A stretch of DNA of 64,000 bases from Squalus acanthias (GCA_030390025.1 CM059432.1:112222001-112286000), one strand, 5' to 3'. Positions 44,935 to 58,921 are shown, numbered from the stretch's first letter. Made by a program: numbers and translations. Notes: generated by a model not told the origin, from the letters alone.

Positions 44935-47900
44935 GGGCTCGATTTTCCCAGCCCCGAAGAGACGGGTTTGGAGGCGTGCGAGTTGTTAAAATCGCCAAAA
45001 CTGGTGGGCAGGCACATTCCTGCCTCCATCCCGCCTCCGAGTAATTTTCCCAAGTGCGTGTTTTCTGACCCGCTTTCCATCCCGCCTCCAAGAGGCGGGA
45101 TAGGCACTTAAGGCCCTTAACAACCACTTAATTATCTCTAAAATCCCATTTTGAGAGGCCTTTCCGATTTTAACACATTTCCCCCATCCTACACGCCTCC
45201 TCTGGAACACGCCAGTTAATCCTGGCGACCTCACTAGTGGATTGCTTACGAATAGCTGCAGCTCCACCATTACAAAGGAGTTTTCACCGATGATCATTTG
45301 CAGGTGGCAGAACTTTGTTGTTTCAGGTCTGGGGGAACTTTTAGCAGGCATACTCAGTGTTGTGGAAGATTGGAGCCTGACACCCATCTCCAGTGTGACC
45401 TCCTTGGAAAACCCTTTCCCCACCTTGACTAAGCGTTTCCTCAACTGAGACATATACCAGAAGCATGACGACCATTTAATTCCTTTCCTCCTGGACATCA
45501 GATTCGGATGAAGACCAGCCGCGGCAGCAGCAGAACCATGAGCAACAGCAGCACCACCAGCAGCAGCAGCATCAACAGGAGCGCCAAGCTGCTAGTCACC
45601 CACCTGAAGATGCACAGGCCAGAAGGCGCCAGAGCGCGACCATATTGCTGCCCGGGATGCAAGGGACGCACTCATGTTGGTCACATTTGCTTAGCCTGCA
45701 CAATCAAACAGTTTAGCCTCGCACCTTCTTACCAGAGCATCAACAATGGACAAGAACCTGCGGATTCCTCTCACTCTGACCACCATACTGATAATTGCAA
45801 GTCGCCCTAAGCCCTCAATGTGGAAGTCCCATTAGCGAAACGACACACGCCTCAACTGCAACAGTTTGCCATCAGAACTTTTTATGACAATAAGCAACTG
45901 ATGGCTTCTCAAAATTAAACATTACACCCAAGTAACAACCCTTGTGACGACTTGTGCATTATCTTCCTCTTACGCATGCTCCTACGTGGTGCTTCTCCTG
46001 TGGCTTCAGCAGATGTGGAGGCCCCTTGCTCACTTTCTTGCTGCTCCTGCCTCGACACCTTTGGTGGGCGTCCTCTGGGGTTGCGAACCTGTGAGGGCTC
46101 GGCAACAGTCTGCTGCTCCTACGGCTGTGCAGGGGTTGAGACGCCAATCTCAGTTGGGTGGGGACTCTGGTGGGGCTCTGACCGAGGGCTCTGCAGTGGC
46201 ATGGTCGTGTAAGTGCTTGGAGAGGAGCCCCCACTTCCTTGTTGTATGCCACCAACATCCCTCTCATGGGTCAGCCCTACTTCAGAGCTAGCAAGTGGCT
46301 GGACAGCACCTTGCTGCACCGAAGGGGGGCCATGGGGACCCGTTTCTGCACTGGAAGTCCTACTCCAGAGGACTTCCATGAAGGTCTGGTTTCTATGCTC
46401 AATAGCTGACCATCGCTCCTCAAGAGATGCCAGTCTATTCTGAACAATTACCATGTTTTCAAGACCCTGGCGACTACGCTCCTCCATGGCCGTAGCCACC
46501 CTCTCCTCTACTGTAGCCATTCTCTCCTCTACGGTAGCCAGCCTTACCATGGAGGTAGCCATCCTTTCCACGAAGGTTGCCATCCTTTCCGCGGTGATGC
46601 GTTCATGCACCAATGCCTCCACAAAGGCTCTGCTCCTGTTCGCTATGGACTCCTCCATTCGCTCCACACTCGCAGCGACCCTGGAGACAAAACCTGCCAG
46701 AGACTCCTGCACCTGTTCCTGGAGTTCAAGTACCGCTCTCCTTCTGGATGAACCCGGAGGCACAGGGTCGACATGCAGCTGAGCCGGGCTGGCAGAGTCC
46801 TGCGCCCTCCGACGAGGACTCTCCACTGCTGTCCCTGTCTCCACCATCTGCTTATGCTCACTTGTGAGCTGTGATACACCAGGTGACAACACTACTCTAT
46901 CTCATGAAGGTCCCACCGAGGTGTGAGTGTCTGCGTTGGTGCTGGGTGCTCTGAATTCTGCTGACGTTGCGCCCTCTGAGGAGTCTGGAAGCTCAGGCTC
47001 TTCCTCCTGGACAGTGGGGACGGGGGCTCTCGATGGTTCTGTGGGGGAGTACTCGATGGTCCTGTGGGGGAGTAAAGGAAAGAGTTAGAGATGTGAGGTC
47101 AAGGTTACATGAATATTGAAAAGTGCAGATGATCATAAATCAATCTGTTAGAGCATCAGATTCATTATCAGTGAGTCATGCAATGTCAATGAGAGAGATG
47201 CCAAACTATTCTGTCACCAGCTTGCTGCGATGCGCCCATCTGTCTGTCCCCCACTTGGGAATCCTCCTCAATTCCGGCGATCTCCAGGGCCCCCTCCTCC
47301 CAGGGGGTGAGCTGGGCTACTGAGGGTGGCCCTCCTCCTGTCCTCGCTCTTTCCCTCTTATTGTGGGCTCTCTTTTCCTGCAATGAGGGACACAGTGGAG
47401 TTTGAGTGAGAATGAAGGAGTGTAGAGAATCCATAGCATAGATGCTTAGAAGGATACAAAGGACCCTCCCTCTGTGCTGAAAGTTGTTGTTGTCATGGGA
47501 TCACAGTGATAGGGAGTGTGAGGGCTGCATGGTCGAATAGTTAAGTGAATGTGACCTTAGAGACAGAGGGAATGGGTAAGGGTGCAGGGATGTAAGTGTC
47601 AAGTGGAATGTGGAGGAAGAGGTTGGCAAAGCAGAGTGCTGGTGAGGAGAGGCGATGGGGATCAGATTGAGGGTGATGGGAAAGTCATACTCACTTTTCC
47701 TGTTCGGAGAAGATCATGAAACCTCTTCCTGCATTACAGCCAGGTTCTGCGGCTCAGCGAGATGGAGCTGACCTCCTGGGCCACTTGCAGCCACACAGCT
47801 TTTGTCTGCTGGGGAGGCTTTTTCCTCCCTGAGGAAGGGAACAGCACCTCCTTCCTGAATCTCGCTCCCACCACCTTAGCTTGGAGGGAGGGCTCATCGA

Positions 47901-48228
47901 AGAGTGAAGCACACTTTGGCCTACTGCTGGACATAGTTGATGAAGAAGGCAAAGACAGCAATGGCCATAAAGTTTGCAGTCTCCAGAAGAAGCAAGGCTG
48001 CTTGCAGGCCTTAAATCCAGCAGCATTGATGATGTCATCGGAGGTGACTTTCTATCTGAAAAGACTCATTGGGCCAGGGGTTCCCACACGCAGGAAATCA
48101 ATTGGCCAATTAGGGGAAAATCCCACTTTTTCAGCACTTCAATTAGGAGTTGGGGTCCTGGCACGATTTTCCTGGCACGATTTCCACCTGACACGCTCCA
48201 GCCCGCCCACACTGACAAAATCCAGCCC
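44935..48228. mobile_element. Harbinger deletion derivative retaining the 3-exon Myb/SANT gene (minus strand) and only a transposase stub
   Basis: TIRs GGGCTCGATTTT / AAAATCCAGCCC with an AAA TSD within CR1. Myb exons at ~47961-47695, ~47377-47217 and ~47060-45950, with premature stops. Confidence 0.9.
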
Positions 48229-48964
48229 AAAGAGCCTGCAACGGGATATAGACTGGTTAAATGAGTGGGCAATAAGGTGGCAGATGGAGTTTAATGTGGA
48301 GAAATGCGAGGTTATTCACTTTGGTAGGAAGAATAGCAAAACAGAATATTTTTTAAATGGTGAGAAACTATTAAATGTTGGAGTTCAGAGAGATTTAGGT
48401 CCTCGTACAAGAAACACAGAAAGTTAGAATACAGGTAAAGCAAGGACATACTTGCTTTAGAGGCGGTGCAACAAAGGTTCACTAGATTGATCCCTGGGAT
48501 GAGAGGGCTGTCCTATGAGGAGAGATTGAGTAGATCGGGACTATACTCTCTGGAGTTTAGAAGAATGAGGTGATCTCACTGAAATATATAAGATTCTGAG
48601 GGGGATTGACAGGGTAGATGCTGAGAGGTTGTTTCCCCTGGCTGGAGAGTCTAGAACTAGGGTTCATAGTCTCAGGATAAGGAGTCGGCCATTTAAGATT
48701 GAGATGAGGAGGAATTTCTTCACGCAGAGGGTTGTGAATCTTTGGAATTCTCTGCCCTACGCCAAAGGGCTGTAAATGCTGTATCATTGAGTATATTCAA
48801 GGCTGAGATAAATAGATTTTTGGGCTCCAGAGCAATCAAGGGATATGGAGATCAGGCGGGAAAGTGGAGTTGAGGTCGAAGATCGGCCATGATCTTATTA
48901 AATGGCGGAGCAGGCTTGAGGGGCCGTATGGCCAATCCTGCTCCTAACTCTTATGTTCTTATAA

Positions 48965-49670
48965 CAGGGCCTTCGACCATGTCTGTTCCATTTCCGGCAC
49001 TTCTGTATTCGCTGCTCACAGTGCGGTCTCCTCTACATTGGGGAGATCAAACGCAGGTTGGGTGAACGCATTGCGGAACACCTCTATTCAGTCCGCAAGT
49101 GTGACCCCGAGCTTCCTGTCACCTGTCACTTTAATTCTCCGCTCCACTCCCACTCTGACCTCTCTGTCTTCGGCCTCCTACACTGTTCCAATGAAGCTCA
49201 ACGTAAGTTCAAGGAACAGTACCTCCTCTTTCTATTAGGCACTTTACAGCCTTCCGGACTTATCATTGAGTTCAACAATTTCGGATCATAATCTCTGCCC
49301 CCATTTTTTTCAGATGGCAGCTGTTGATGATTCTGCTATTCCCATTCATGCCTCTTCTAGACCCATCTTTTATTCCTTTACTTGTCCCATTGCCATCTCC
49401 TTTTGCTTTGTACTATCATACCTTTTGTCATTTAATCACTCCTGCCTTCCCCCCTATCACAGACCCCTTTTGTTCTTTCCTCCCCTTCCCCTTTCTGCTC
49501 TTGCTTAAAACCTGTTACATCTCTAACTTTTTCCAGTTCTGCCGAAAGGTCATCGACCTGAAACGTTAACTCTGCTTCTCGCTCCACAGATGCCGCCTGA
49601 CCTGCTGAGCATTTCCAGCATTTTCTGTTTTTAGTTCAGATTTCCAGCATCTGCAGTATTTTGCTTTTAC
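48965..49670 (+). mobile_element. Penelope-like element 3' fragment (GIY-YIG endonuclease)
   Basis: From ~49004 reads CIRCSQCGLLYIGEIKRRLGERIAEHL...HFN, typical of the Penelope GIY-YIG domain. Confidence 0.8.
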
Positions 49671-51865
49671 ATAAAATTTGTACTCTGTTTCTTCTGGCCC
49701 AACCTGCGAAAACATTATCAGTGAGACATTGTCAACTACGTCCTCGGTGACTGATGTGTGTGTTACCATGTCTGGATTTCTGCATGCATACTCCACCAAT
49801 ATCAGGATGTACCATTTCCCTAAATTACTTCTGGCTTTGGTTGATCTACCAGTTTACCTAATCTCTGGCAGTGCTTTTATGTTCTGCAGTATTTTAGCAC
49901 ATCCTTGAAAATAGTTGGTCAATAAAAATGTAGTAGCAACAATGCTTCATATACTGCCTAACCTGAAGTTCCTTGAATGCAATGTTGTACATCTTTTAAT
50001 AATTATTTACAAAATGCCTGAGTTAACACTATTTCCTGGAGCATTTTTTTAAACTCCATTATTGAACCAATAGCCTTTCCTTGTAACTGAACAACGCCAC
50101 TGGCTTGGGCGGTGGTTTATTGTTATCCTGCAGATCCCTCCCTTACACAGCCTCCAAGTCAGACTACTAAACCTCTGCAAATCCACACATTTCAAACCTC
50201 CCAGGCTATATATTAATTTTCACAAATTTTTCCCATCTATTTCTGGAGTGAGGTTAATCCACTGTACTCTCTACTCACCTGACTTGTAGTCACCACAGGC
50301 ATTCCTGCCACTATTTGATCATGCTGGTGCTGCTACTTTTTGCCAGCCCCTGGCTGCTCATTTTTATCAACCTCATGCTTGCATGAATTCTCTTCTGCCT
50401 CAAGGTTCAGTTTGCACAATTGCAACTCTTGCTGTTACTGACTCTCATCTGCTTCCAGTCTGTGAAATTCAAACATTCATTATTCCTTCTCCAGCTCATT
50501 TGGATGGCAGCTTCACCTGTATTCACTGTTTCTCTGGCACTGTGTACATACTATTGCCTTTTGATTTAGTTAGTCTAATTTGACCTTTTAATACCTGGCT
50601 GATATGTGAGTATATATCCCACTACACTACCACCAATTATCATAATTTTTGCCATGTATAAAACTGTTTTCTCTCTCAATGAGTTTACAGTGGTCCCTGT
50701 ACATGAACCTTGTCCCCTTCAATTCCAAAGTTGTACCTTTTTGATAATCTGACCTTTGTGAAATTGCATCATTAGAGCATTACCAATTACCTTAGGTGCT
50801 GCCATCTGTTTGCTGGATTAAATGTAATCTTGCACTATGCTACCATCAGATCAGATTGGTGAATATTAAAGACAGACCCGAATTTTACAGACTACAGCAA
50901 GCAATGTATTTATTTAAAGACTGAATTGAAATATGAAGTACTATAGTTCAGTAAAATATTAAAAGTACAATATAAAACATAAATACAATGACACTTCAAA
51001 ATAACGCCGTTGGATATTTCAAAAAGTCTAATGTTGGATAAATTTTCTGCCCCTAAATAGCAAATTCTGCCTGTTTTCATCCTCTTGTGCCATTAAGAGA
51101 AACAATGACCAGGGTCTTTATTTGTGCCACAGCAGAAAACCCTGGCCATCGTATCTTACTGTACCTTACCTCTCAACTGGAGAATCCAACTTCAGCTCTT
51201 ATGTTAATCAATGACAGTATTTCAGAAGAACTCCAGTACTGTTTCAAAGTCTTGTTCTCAACCAATAAACTCTTTTGAACACAGATTTTCATACAAACTT
51301 AACAACACTACTTTTATCATCCAAATGACAGATACTAAGGGCTCGATTTTACCAGCCCTGAGGAGGCGGGTTTGGAGGCGGGTCAGGTGGTAAAATGGGT
51401 AAAAATGCCGGCGGGTTCCGATCCCGCCGTCAACCCGCCTCTGTGCAACTTTTTCAAAGGTGGGCTTGGAGACTCCCGTTCGGTCCCACCACCAAGCGGC
51501 GGGATAGGCCCTTAAGGCAGTTAACTGGTTGTTAACTGCCTGTGTAATCCTATTTTGCCTGCCCTTTTAAATTTTACCACATTTTCAGCGTGTTCCATGT
51601 CGTTCCCAAACCACGCCAGCTGATTGTGTCGGGTTCACAAGTGGCTGCCTTCTTGACAGCTGCAGCTCCAGCATAAAAACGGAGCTCCAACAAGGATCAG
51701 TTGCAGGTGGCAGAACTTTGTTTTTTCAGGTCTTGGAAAACTTTTTACAGGTCCACTGATCTTGGAAGTGGTGAAGCTGAGATCCATCTCCACTGTGACC
51801 TCCTGGGGAAACCCTCTCCCCACATTGACTGAGCGCTTCCTTAACGGAGATATCTACCAGCAGCA

Positions 51866-53081
51866 TGGGAACCATTTATTTCCTTTCATCCTGATCCTCA
51901 GATTCAGAGGACGAGCAGCCGCGGCAGCAGCAGAACCAGGCACAACAGCAGCACCAACAGTAGCAACAACAGGAGCGCCAACCTGCTGCTCACCCACCTG
52001 ATGGTGCACAGGGAGGTAGGTGTCAGCGCAGGGATGCACGTCGCCGCAGGAGATACCCCAGGGTTTACAGGCTGAGGATGACCTTCCTCAACATGAATGA
52101 GCAGCAGTGCCAAAGGAGGCTGAGACTTTCTCGAGAGGCAGTCGGTGACATCTGCACAATGCTGCACCAACACCTGGAGCCCAGAGGAGCGGGTGGACAC
52201 CCCTTACCAGTGGCTGTCAAAGTCACCACCGCCCTCAATTTTTTTGCTTCAGGGTCCTTCCAGGGCTCATCAGCAGACATCAGCGGCATCTCCCAGTCGG
52301 CAGCACACACCTGCATCACACAGGTAACTGATGCCCTCTTTGCCAAGGCGCACAATTACATACACTTCTCCACGGATCAAGCAAGTGTAACCGTGCATGC
52401 GGTTGGCTTTGCAAATATGGCAGGCTTGCCAAGGGTGCAGGGCGTCGTAGACTGCACACATGTGGCCCTTAGGGCACCCCATCACAACCCAGCGGTTTTT
52501 GTCAACCGCACTCCCTCAACGTGCAGCTGGTGTGTAACCACAGGAACGACATTTTGCATGTTTCCGCGAAGTACCCTGGCAGTTGTCATGACTCGTCCAT
52601 CCTGCACCAGTCTAGTGTGCCTCCGCTCTTCAATCCACCAAACCAACTTTCCGGGTGGCTACTTGGAGACAAGGGCTATCCCCTGAAGACGTGGCTGATG
52701 ACACCATTGAGGAGGCCATCGAACGAAGCTGAGGAGCGCTACAATGCCAGCCACATTTCCACCAGATCCATTATCAAGCAAACCATCGGCTTGCTGAAGA
52801 TGCGATTCAGATGCCTTGACAGATCAGGTGGAGCCATACAGTATTCAGCAGCCAGGGTCTCCAGAATTGTCGTGGTCTGCTGTGCACAGCACAACATCGC
52901 ACAGCATCGTGGCTTGCAGCTGCCTGAGGAACAAGTGGCTCAGCACATAACCTCCTCAGATGAGAAGGAGGAGGAGGAGGAGGAAGACCTTGCGGAGGCA
53001 GATGTGCTAGTTCCAGCAGCACGTGAGCACATTGCTGCCTGTGACGCAAGGGATGCATTGATCTTTGCCAGATTCGCTTAA
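51866..53081 (+). pseudogene. Harbinger DDE transposase, frameshifted near 52510
   Basis: [19 protein letters not shown] and FRCLDRSGG motifs. Catalytic E region reads IKQTIG. Split between ORFs 52078-52686 and 52521-53081. Confidence 0.9.
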
Positions 53082-53344
53082 GCAGACGAATCAAACAAAT
53101 GTGGCTGGCACCTTTTTAACACACCATACACAATGTACAAGAACCTGTGGGTTCCTATCACTCTCACCACCATCATTACAAATGCAAGTCGCCCTGAGCC
53201 CTCAATGTGGAACTTCCATTTCCGAGATCACATAGGCCAGAACTTCAACTGTTTGCCATCACTTCTGTTTAATCCATTCACAAAAGGATTACAATGTCAA
53301 ATATTAAAGAAAACAAAAGACAGCAGAACAGAACATCCAAGTGA

Positions 53345-56135
53345 CTACCCTTGTGACTTATTGTGCTTTATCTTCCTCTTACGCGTGCTTCTACGTGGTG
53401 CCTCCCCTGTGGCTTCAGCAGATGTGGAGGCACCTTGCTCACTTTCATGCTGCTCCTGCTTCGACACCTTTGGCGGGCGTCCTCTGGGTTTGCGAGCCTG
53501 TGAGGGCTCGTCAACAGTCTGCTCCTCCTGCGTCTGTGCAGGGGCTGAGACGCCCATCTCAGTTGGGTGAGGACTTTGTTGGGGCTCTAACCGAGGGCTA
53601 CTCAGTGTCATGGGTGTGAGTGCTTGGAGAGGAGCCCCCACTTCCTTGTTGCCTGCCACCAACATCCCTCTCATGGGTCAGCCCCACCTTGCTGCACATC
53701 AGACGGGCCATGAGGACCCATATCTGCACTGGCAGTTCTACTCAAAAGGACTTCCATGAAGCTCTGGTTTCTCTGCTCAATAGCTGCCCATCGCTCCTCC
53801 AGAGATGTCAATCTATTCTGAACATTCACCATGTTTTCCTGACTCTGGCGACTTATTTCCTTCATGGCCGTAGCCAGCCTTTCCACGGAGGTTGCCATCC
53901 TTTCCGTTGTGGTGCGTTCATACACCATAGCCTCCACAAAGGCACTGCTCATGTTAGACATGGACTCCTCCAACCTCTCCACACTAGCAGTAACCCTGGA
54001 GACAAAACTTGCCAGAGACTCCTGCATCTGTTCCTGGAGTTCCAGCACCGCTGTCTTTCTGAATGGACCCGGAGGCACAGGGTCCACATGCAGCTGAGCA
54101 GAGCTGGGAGCGCCCTGCGGCCTCCGACGAGGACTCTCCACTGCTGTCCCTGTCTCCACCATCTGCTGTTGCTCACTTGTGAGCTGTGATACACCAGGTG
54201 ACAACACTACTCTATCTCCCGAAGGTGCCACCGAGGTGTGCGTTTCTGCGCTGGTGCTGGGTGCGCTTAATTCTGCTGACGGTGCGCCCTCAGAGGTTGC
54301 AGGTTCCTCTGAGGAGTCTTCCGGCTCAACCTCTTCCTCTTGGACAGTGGGGAGGGGGGCTGTCAATGGTCCTGTGGGGGAGTAAAGGCATGAGTTAGAC
54401 ATGTGATATTAACGTAGCATGCACATGGACTTGTGCAGATGATCATAAGTCAATCTGTATGAGCATCAGAAGCCATATCAGTCACTCATTCAATGTCAAT
54501 GAGAGAGATGCAAAACTATTCTATCACCAGCTTGCTCTGCTGCGCCCATCTGTCCATCCCCCACTTCCAGATCCTCCTCGGCTCCAACGATCTCTAGGGC
54601 TGCCTCCTCAGCGCTGGTGAGATGGGCTATTGAGGGTGGCCCTCCTCCTATCTTCGCCTTTCCCTCTTATTGTGGGCTCTCTTTTCCTGCAATGAAGGAC
54701 ACAAGTGAAGTTTGAGTGAGAATGATAGAGTGAGTGTAGAGAATCCATAGCATAGATGCTTAGAAGGACACAAAGATGAAGTCAGGTCCCAATATCAAGG
54801 GCCCTCCCTGTGTGTTGTTAGTTGTTGTCATTGCATAACAGTGATAGGGGGCTGGATTTTCTCAATGGAGACGAGTTGGAGGCGGGACTGCTGCTTGTCG
54901 TGTCAAGTCCCGCCTCCATCATCGTCTGACCAACCAGAGGGATTTTCCCCTGATTGACCTTGTTAAGCCCGCCCTGCGGGCTCAGCAGGCCAATTAGGGA
55001 GGAAGTCACTGACAGAGCACATCAACGTCTGACGTGCTATCTGTCAAGACTTCTTGAAAGAAGAAATGTCAGCATTTGACAGCTCTGTGAAGCTGTCAAA
55101 CACTGACATTCTCTGTAGTTTGATGAGTCCTTGCGTTCAGGACTCATCAAACCTTTCAACTTTGTCGATTTCAGATGGCTGTTGGTTCGGAGGATCCAAC
55201 AGCCAGTCTGTGAAATCGACAAGGAAGATGTCGGGTCTCCCGATCCAGGGTGGATGAAGGCTGTAGGAAGAAAACAAGGTAAGTGAACACTTTTAAACAC
55301 TTATCACTCACCTTACATACTTACCACTCCATACTTGCATCCATCACTCACCTCTATATCTTACTTCCAGGTGCCTCCGACTCCCGCAGACCTCCTTCAC
55401 GTCTCCTCCAACAAGGCGGGGTTCTCTGAGGTCGGGAAGCCTTCACCTGAGAAGGTAAAATGGCACTAATCCTTTTTCCTGCCTGTTAACTACCTGTTAA
55501 CAGGCAGTTAAAATGATTTAATGCCTTTCCCGCCTCCAGGAGATGGGACCCGAAGCTGCACATCTTTCCGCCTCCTGGCAAAAGGGCACGGCGGCTGGAT
55601 GGGGGCGGGTTTGCCATCCGCCCCCACTTTCTGCTACTTTACCGGCAGTCGCGTCTCCAAGCCTGCCTCCTTGGGGCTGAGAAAATCCAGCCCAGGGAGT
55701 GTGAGGGCAGCATAGTCGAATAGTGAAGTGATTGTGTACATAGAGAGAGAGGGATGGTCAAGGGTGCAAGGGATGTAAGGGTAAAGTGGGATGTGTAGGA
55801 GTAGCTTGACAATGCAGAGTGCTGATGCTGAGAGGAGATGGGGAGCAGAATGAGGGTAAAGGTGATGGTATACTCACTTTTCCTGTGCGGACATGCTCAT
55901 TGAACCTCTTTCGGCACTGCAGCCAGGTTCTGCTGCACAACGATCTGGAGCTCACCTCCTGTGCCTGTTGCAGCCGCACAGCTTTGGTCTGCTGGGGAGA
56001 TTTTTTCCTCCCAGAAGAAGGAAACAGCACCTCCTTTTGAGCTCTGGCTCCCTCCACCAGAACATAGAGGCAGTCATCATCGAAGCGAGGTGAGGCCTTG
56101 GGCCTTGAGTTAGACATTTCAGGAGTATCAAACAC
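53345..56135 (-). pseudogene. Harbinger Myb/SANT-like accessory gene, 3 exons
   Basis: PRFDDDCLYVLVEG...RTWLQCRKRFNE (Myb/trihelix) with GT-AG junctions, a coiled coil, a PRGRPPK AT-hook-like motif and an RKRK basic tail. Frameshift near 53672. Confidence 0.8.
54849..55693. mobile_element. Harbinger-derived MITE inside intron 1 of the Myb gene
   Basis: Perfect 16-bp TIR GGGCTGGATTTTCTCA with an AGG TSD. Removing it restores GTGATAGGGAGT as seen in sibling copies. Confidence 0.9.
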
Positions 56136-58921
56136 TTAGCAAAGTATTCACTCTGGACGTACAGAGGGAGAAAATGAACCAAGGCTGTTTGGAGCCCTTA
56201 AAAGCAGCTGGATAAATGACGTCAGTAGAGGCGAGTTTCAGACCCAAAGACTAATTGGGCCAGGGGAGCGCACACACAGGGAATCAACTGCCTAATTAGG
56301 GCAAAATCGCAAATTTATCCCGCCTGACAGCGGAGGTGGGAGCGGGACCCGCCGACCGCCTGACCCGCACCCAACCCGCCTCCATTAGTAAAATCGCGGC
56401 CTTTACAAATTTCCACATAAGCAAGAGAGGAATTAGGCAAAATTGATCCCATCACATCAGAGGCATCCATTTTTCATATACAAAGATTCTCACTCATTAC
56501 ACACGTTTCCAGACAAATGGGTTTTAAACAAGAAATTCACAATACAAAAACAATCCATTCGTCCAGATTAGCGAACTAATCAAAGGCCCATTTTGCTCAC
56601 TTGAACATGAGCCACCCTCTGAACTCTATCGTAAATGAAACAAGCAATATCTGCATATTTATGACACTTTGCTTGAGTTATTTTGGTCATTGATTAATAA
56701 TGTAAATTTTGCATTACCTAGACGAGTGTGCCATACACTCCATAATAGAATCTCTCTATTCAATTTCTATTTCTTTTGCAGAAACAAAAGAAGTGCAAAC
56801 ATAAATAAAAGGGTTATGGAAAGTGTTTCTTGCATTAAAATATGAATTCTGGACTTGAATGCAGTATTGTTGATATTACCAAAAGTAGTCAAAGTATTTC
56901 ACCAGCTTCAGTCACCGTTCTACTTAATTACTAACAGTTTACAATAGAAATGATTGCAATTAATCCAAGTTTAAATTGTGTACTAGGCCAATGTTTAAAA
57001 AGTGTTTCACAGCCACTGACTGTAATGGAATTAGGGTAAAGATACCTTTAAAACAATTTATTGAAGAATAGTACCTTACTATCACTACAACACATGAATT
57101 TAATTAACAAACTTAAATGATTTAATTAGTACATTGCAATGCACACAATACCGAAACTGGAAATTTGCACACAACGCAGGCCTCTGCACACACTTGTAAG
57201 CCCAAGAATGTACCTTGAAGTACAGAGAGGACAATTACACTTGTAATATTTATGTGTCCAAGGGTAATTATTAAATATAGAAACACTTTATAGGAGTGAT
57301 TCTGTATTCACAGCAAGACCTGTGCTCCCTGTGAGTGTGGCTTCCTGGTGGGAATGCAAGATTACAGAAGCATTCTAATTCTCAACTATTTCTCTTACAT
57401 ATGTATCTGATACGAAGTTTGCCTTTCTTGGGTTGGTCCTGGGTAGTCATAGACAATTTATCCATGAATAAAATATAACCAAGTTTTATTTTTATTTAAA
57501 ATTTTGTATATTCAAAACAAATAATTTTTTCATAATTTATTATTCTAGTTAACATTTTGAAGAATATTTCTAAAACAGAAAAAAGTGGCTTTATATTGCT
57601 TTAAAAAGAAATGTAAGACTTTAAACGATCATATTTTTAATAACATTGGGGAAAATATTGAGCACATGATCAGCAACAAAAGTACAGAAATAACTTCTAA
57701 CACTTATCTAATGAAACGCAGGAAGTATTGACTAATAAAGCTTGCGTTCTACAAAATAACATGTGAACTATCAGAGTTGAACTTGAACTGTGAGAGTTTA
57801 ACTTACGCTGTAATGTTGCAAAAGCAAAATTACATTTAAATAAAGTAGAATTTAAAATATTGGAGGTGAGTGGTCACTGCTTAACAGGAATATGTTTGAA
57901 TTTGCCAAAGAAAAGCAAATAGACTTCCCTCCACAATAATAATATTTTACAGCTATTATTGCACTTTAAGTTTACTTTTTAGTTTAACATCTGTTATCCC
58001 TGAACAACTTAATAAAACAACAGTTTGCTTGTACGTTAATTATGGAGTTGACATCATGTGCACGATCTATGATCCATGACATCATACACGGTCATAATAT
58101 TGAGTAGGGATAGGGATGTTGTATACTGTGGAGTACTTGATTATTTTTACTTTATCCATCATCAATATTACTGTCACCTAATTAGCTATTTCTTATAAAC
58201 ATATTTAGATATTATTAGTATGTTAAAAGTCTTGCATATAATGTGCACTTCCTTTAAGTGTCCCAATATCCCTGCCACACTTTCTTGATTAACACTCCTA
58301 TTGTTATAAAAGAGTGTGTCTTCTGACTCACTGCGAGCAATGCCACAAAAGTTCAGCGAGCAAAATATTAAGTCTTGCGCCGAGCTCACTTCCTGTTTGT
58401 CACTTATTTCCTGCAACATCACAATTTTGCTGTAACACTTTTGCCATTATACTTTGTTAATTGTCTCAAAATAAAGCAGCAAATGAGAACTGAAGACATT
58501 AGGGATATACGAATGAAAGAGAAAAAGCAGCTGGGAAACTGCTAATGAGAAATTTATGGAGCTTATACGACTTATGGAAACAATAAAAGGTGAAGGTGAA
58601 TCAATCAAATTACTAAAAACACTTCTGAAAAAGTATCAATGCCCCCATTTTTAACTCAGTAACTGAAATTTCTAATGTCCAAAATAAGGTTTTGAAACAG
58701 AATAAAAACATTAAAATGTTACATATTTAACAGCAATATGATTAAATTTACCAACTGAAGTGTCTTTTGCATCTTTTAATACCTTCATTTAAAGTTTTTA
58801 CTTCAACGGCTAAGCCCATCTCAAAGCCTAAGCTTTGACTGGATATTTTACCCCCAGAACAGTGGAAGGAAATTATCAATCACATCTCTGCAGTTTGCAG
58901 AGTTCATCAGTGCTTTCACTG

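Larger units (their letters stand above)
42279..48963 (+). mobile_element. CR1 ORF2 3' part, interrupted by a solo LTR and a Harbinger
   Basis: RT sequence is collinear across 42279-43052, 44715-44934 and 48229-48963, and ends ...TTATGTTCTTATA. Confidence 0.88.
51339..56401. mobile_element. Two-gene PIF/Harbinger transposon (degenerate)
   Basis: Imperfect TIRs GGGCTCGATTTTAC / GTAAAATCGCGGCC. Convergent transposase (+) and Myb (-) genes. Confidence 0.88.

Noticed and set aside
49670..51335. Possible host exons (minus-strand donor-like sites near 50278 and 51168)
   Set aside because: No convincing open exon frame or recognisable protein.
56402..58900. AT-rich unique region and 78-aa ORF (58186-58422) as a host exon or UTR
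   Set aside because: No recognisable homology. Cannot be supported without RNA-seq or alignment.
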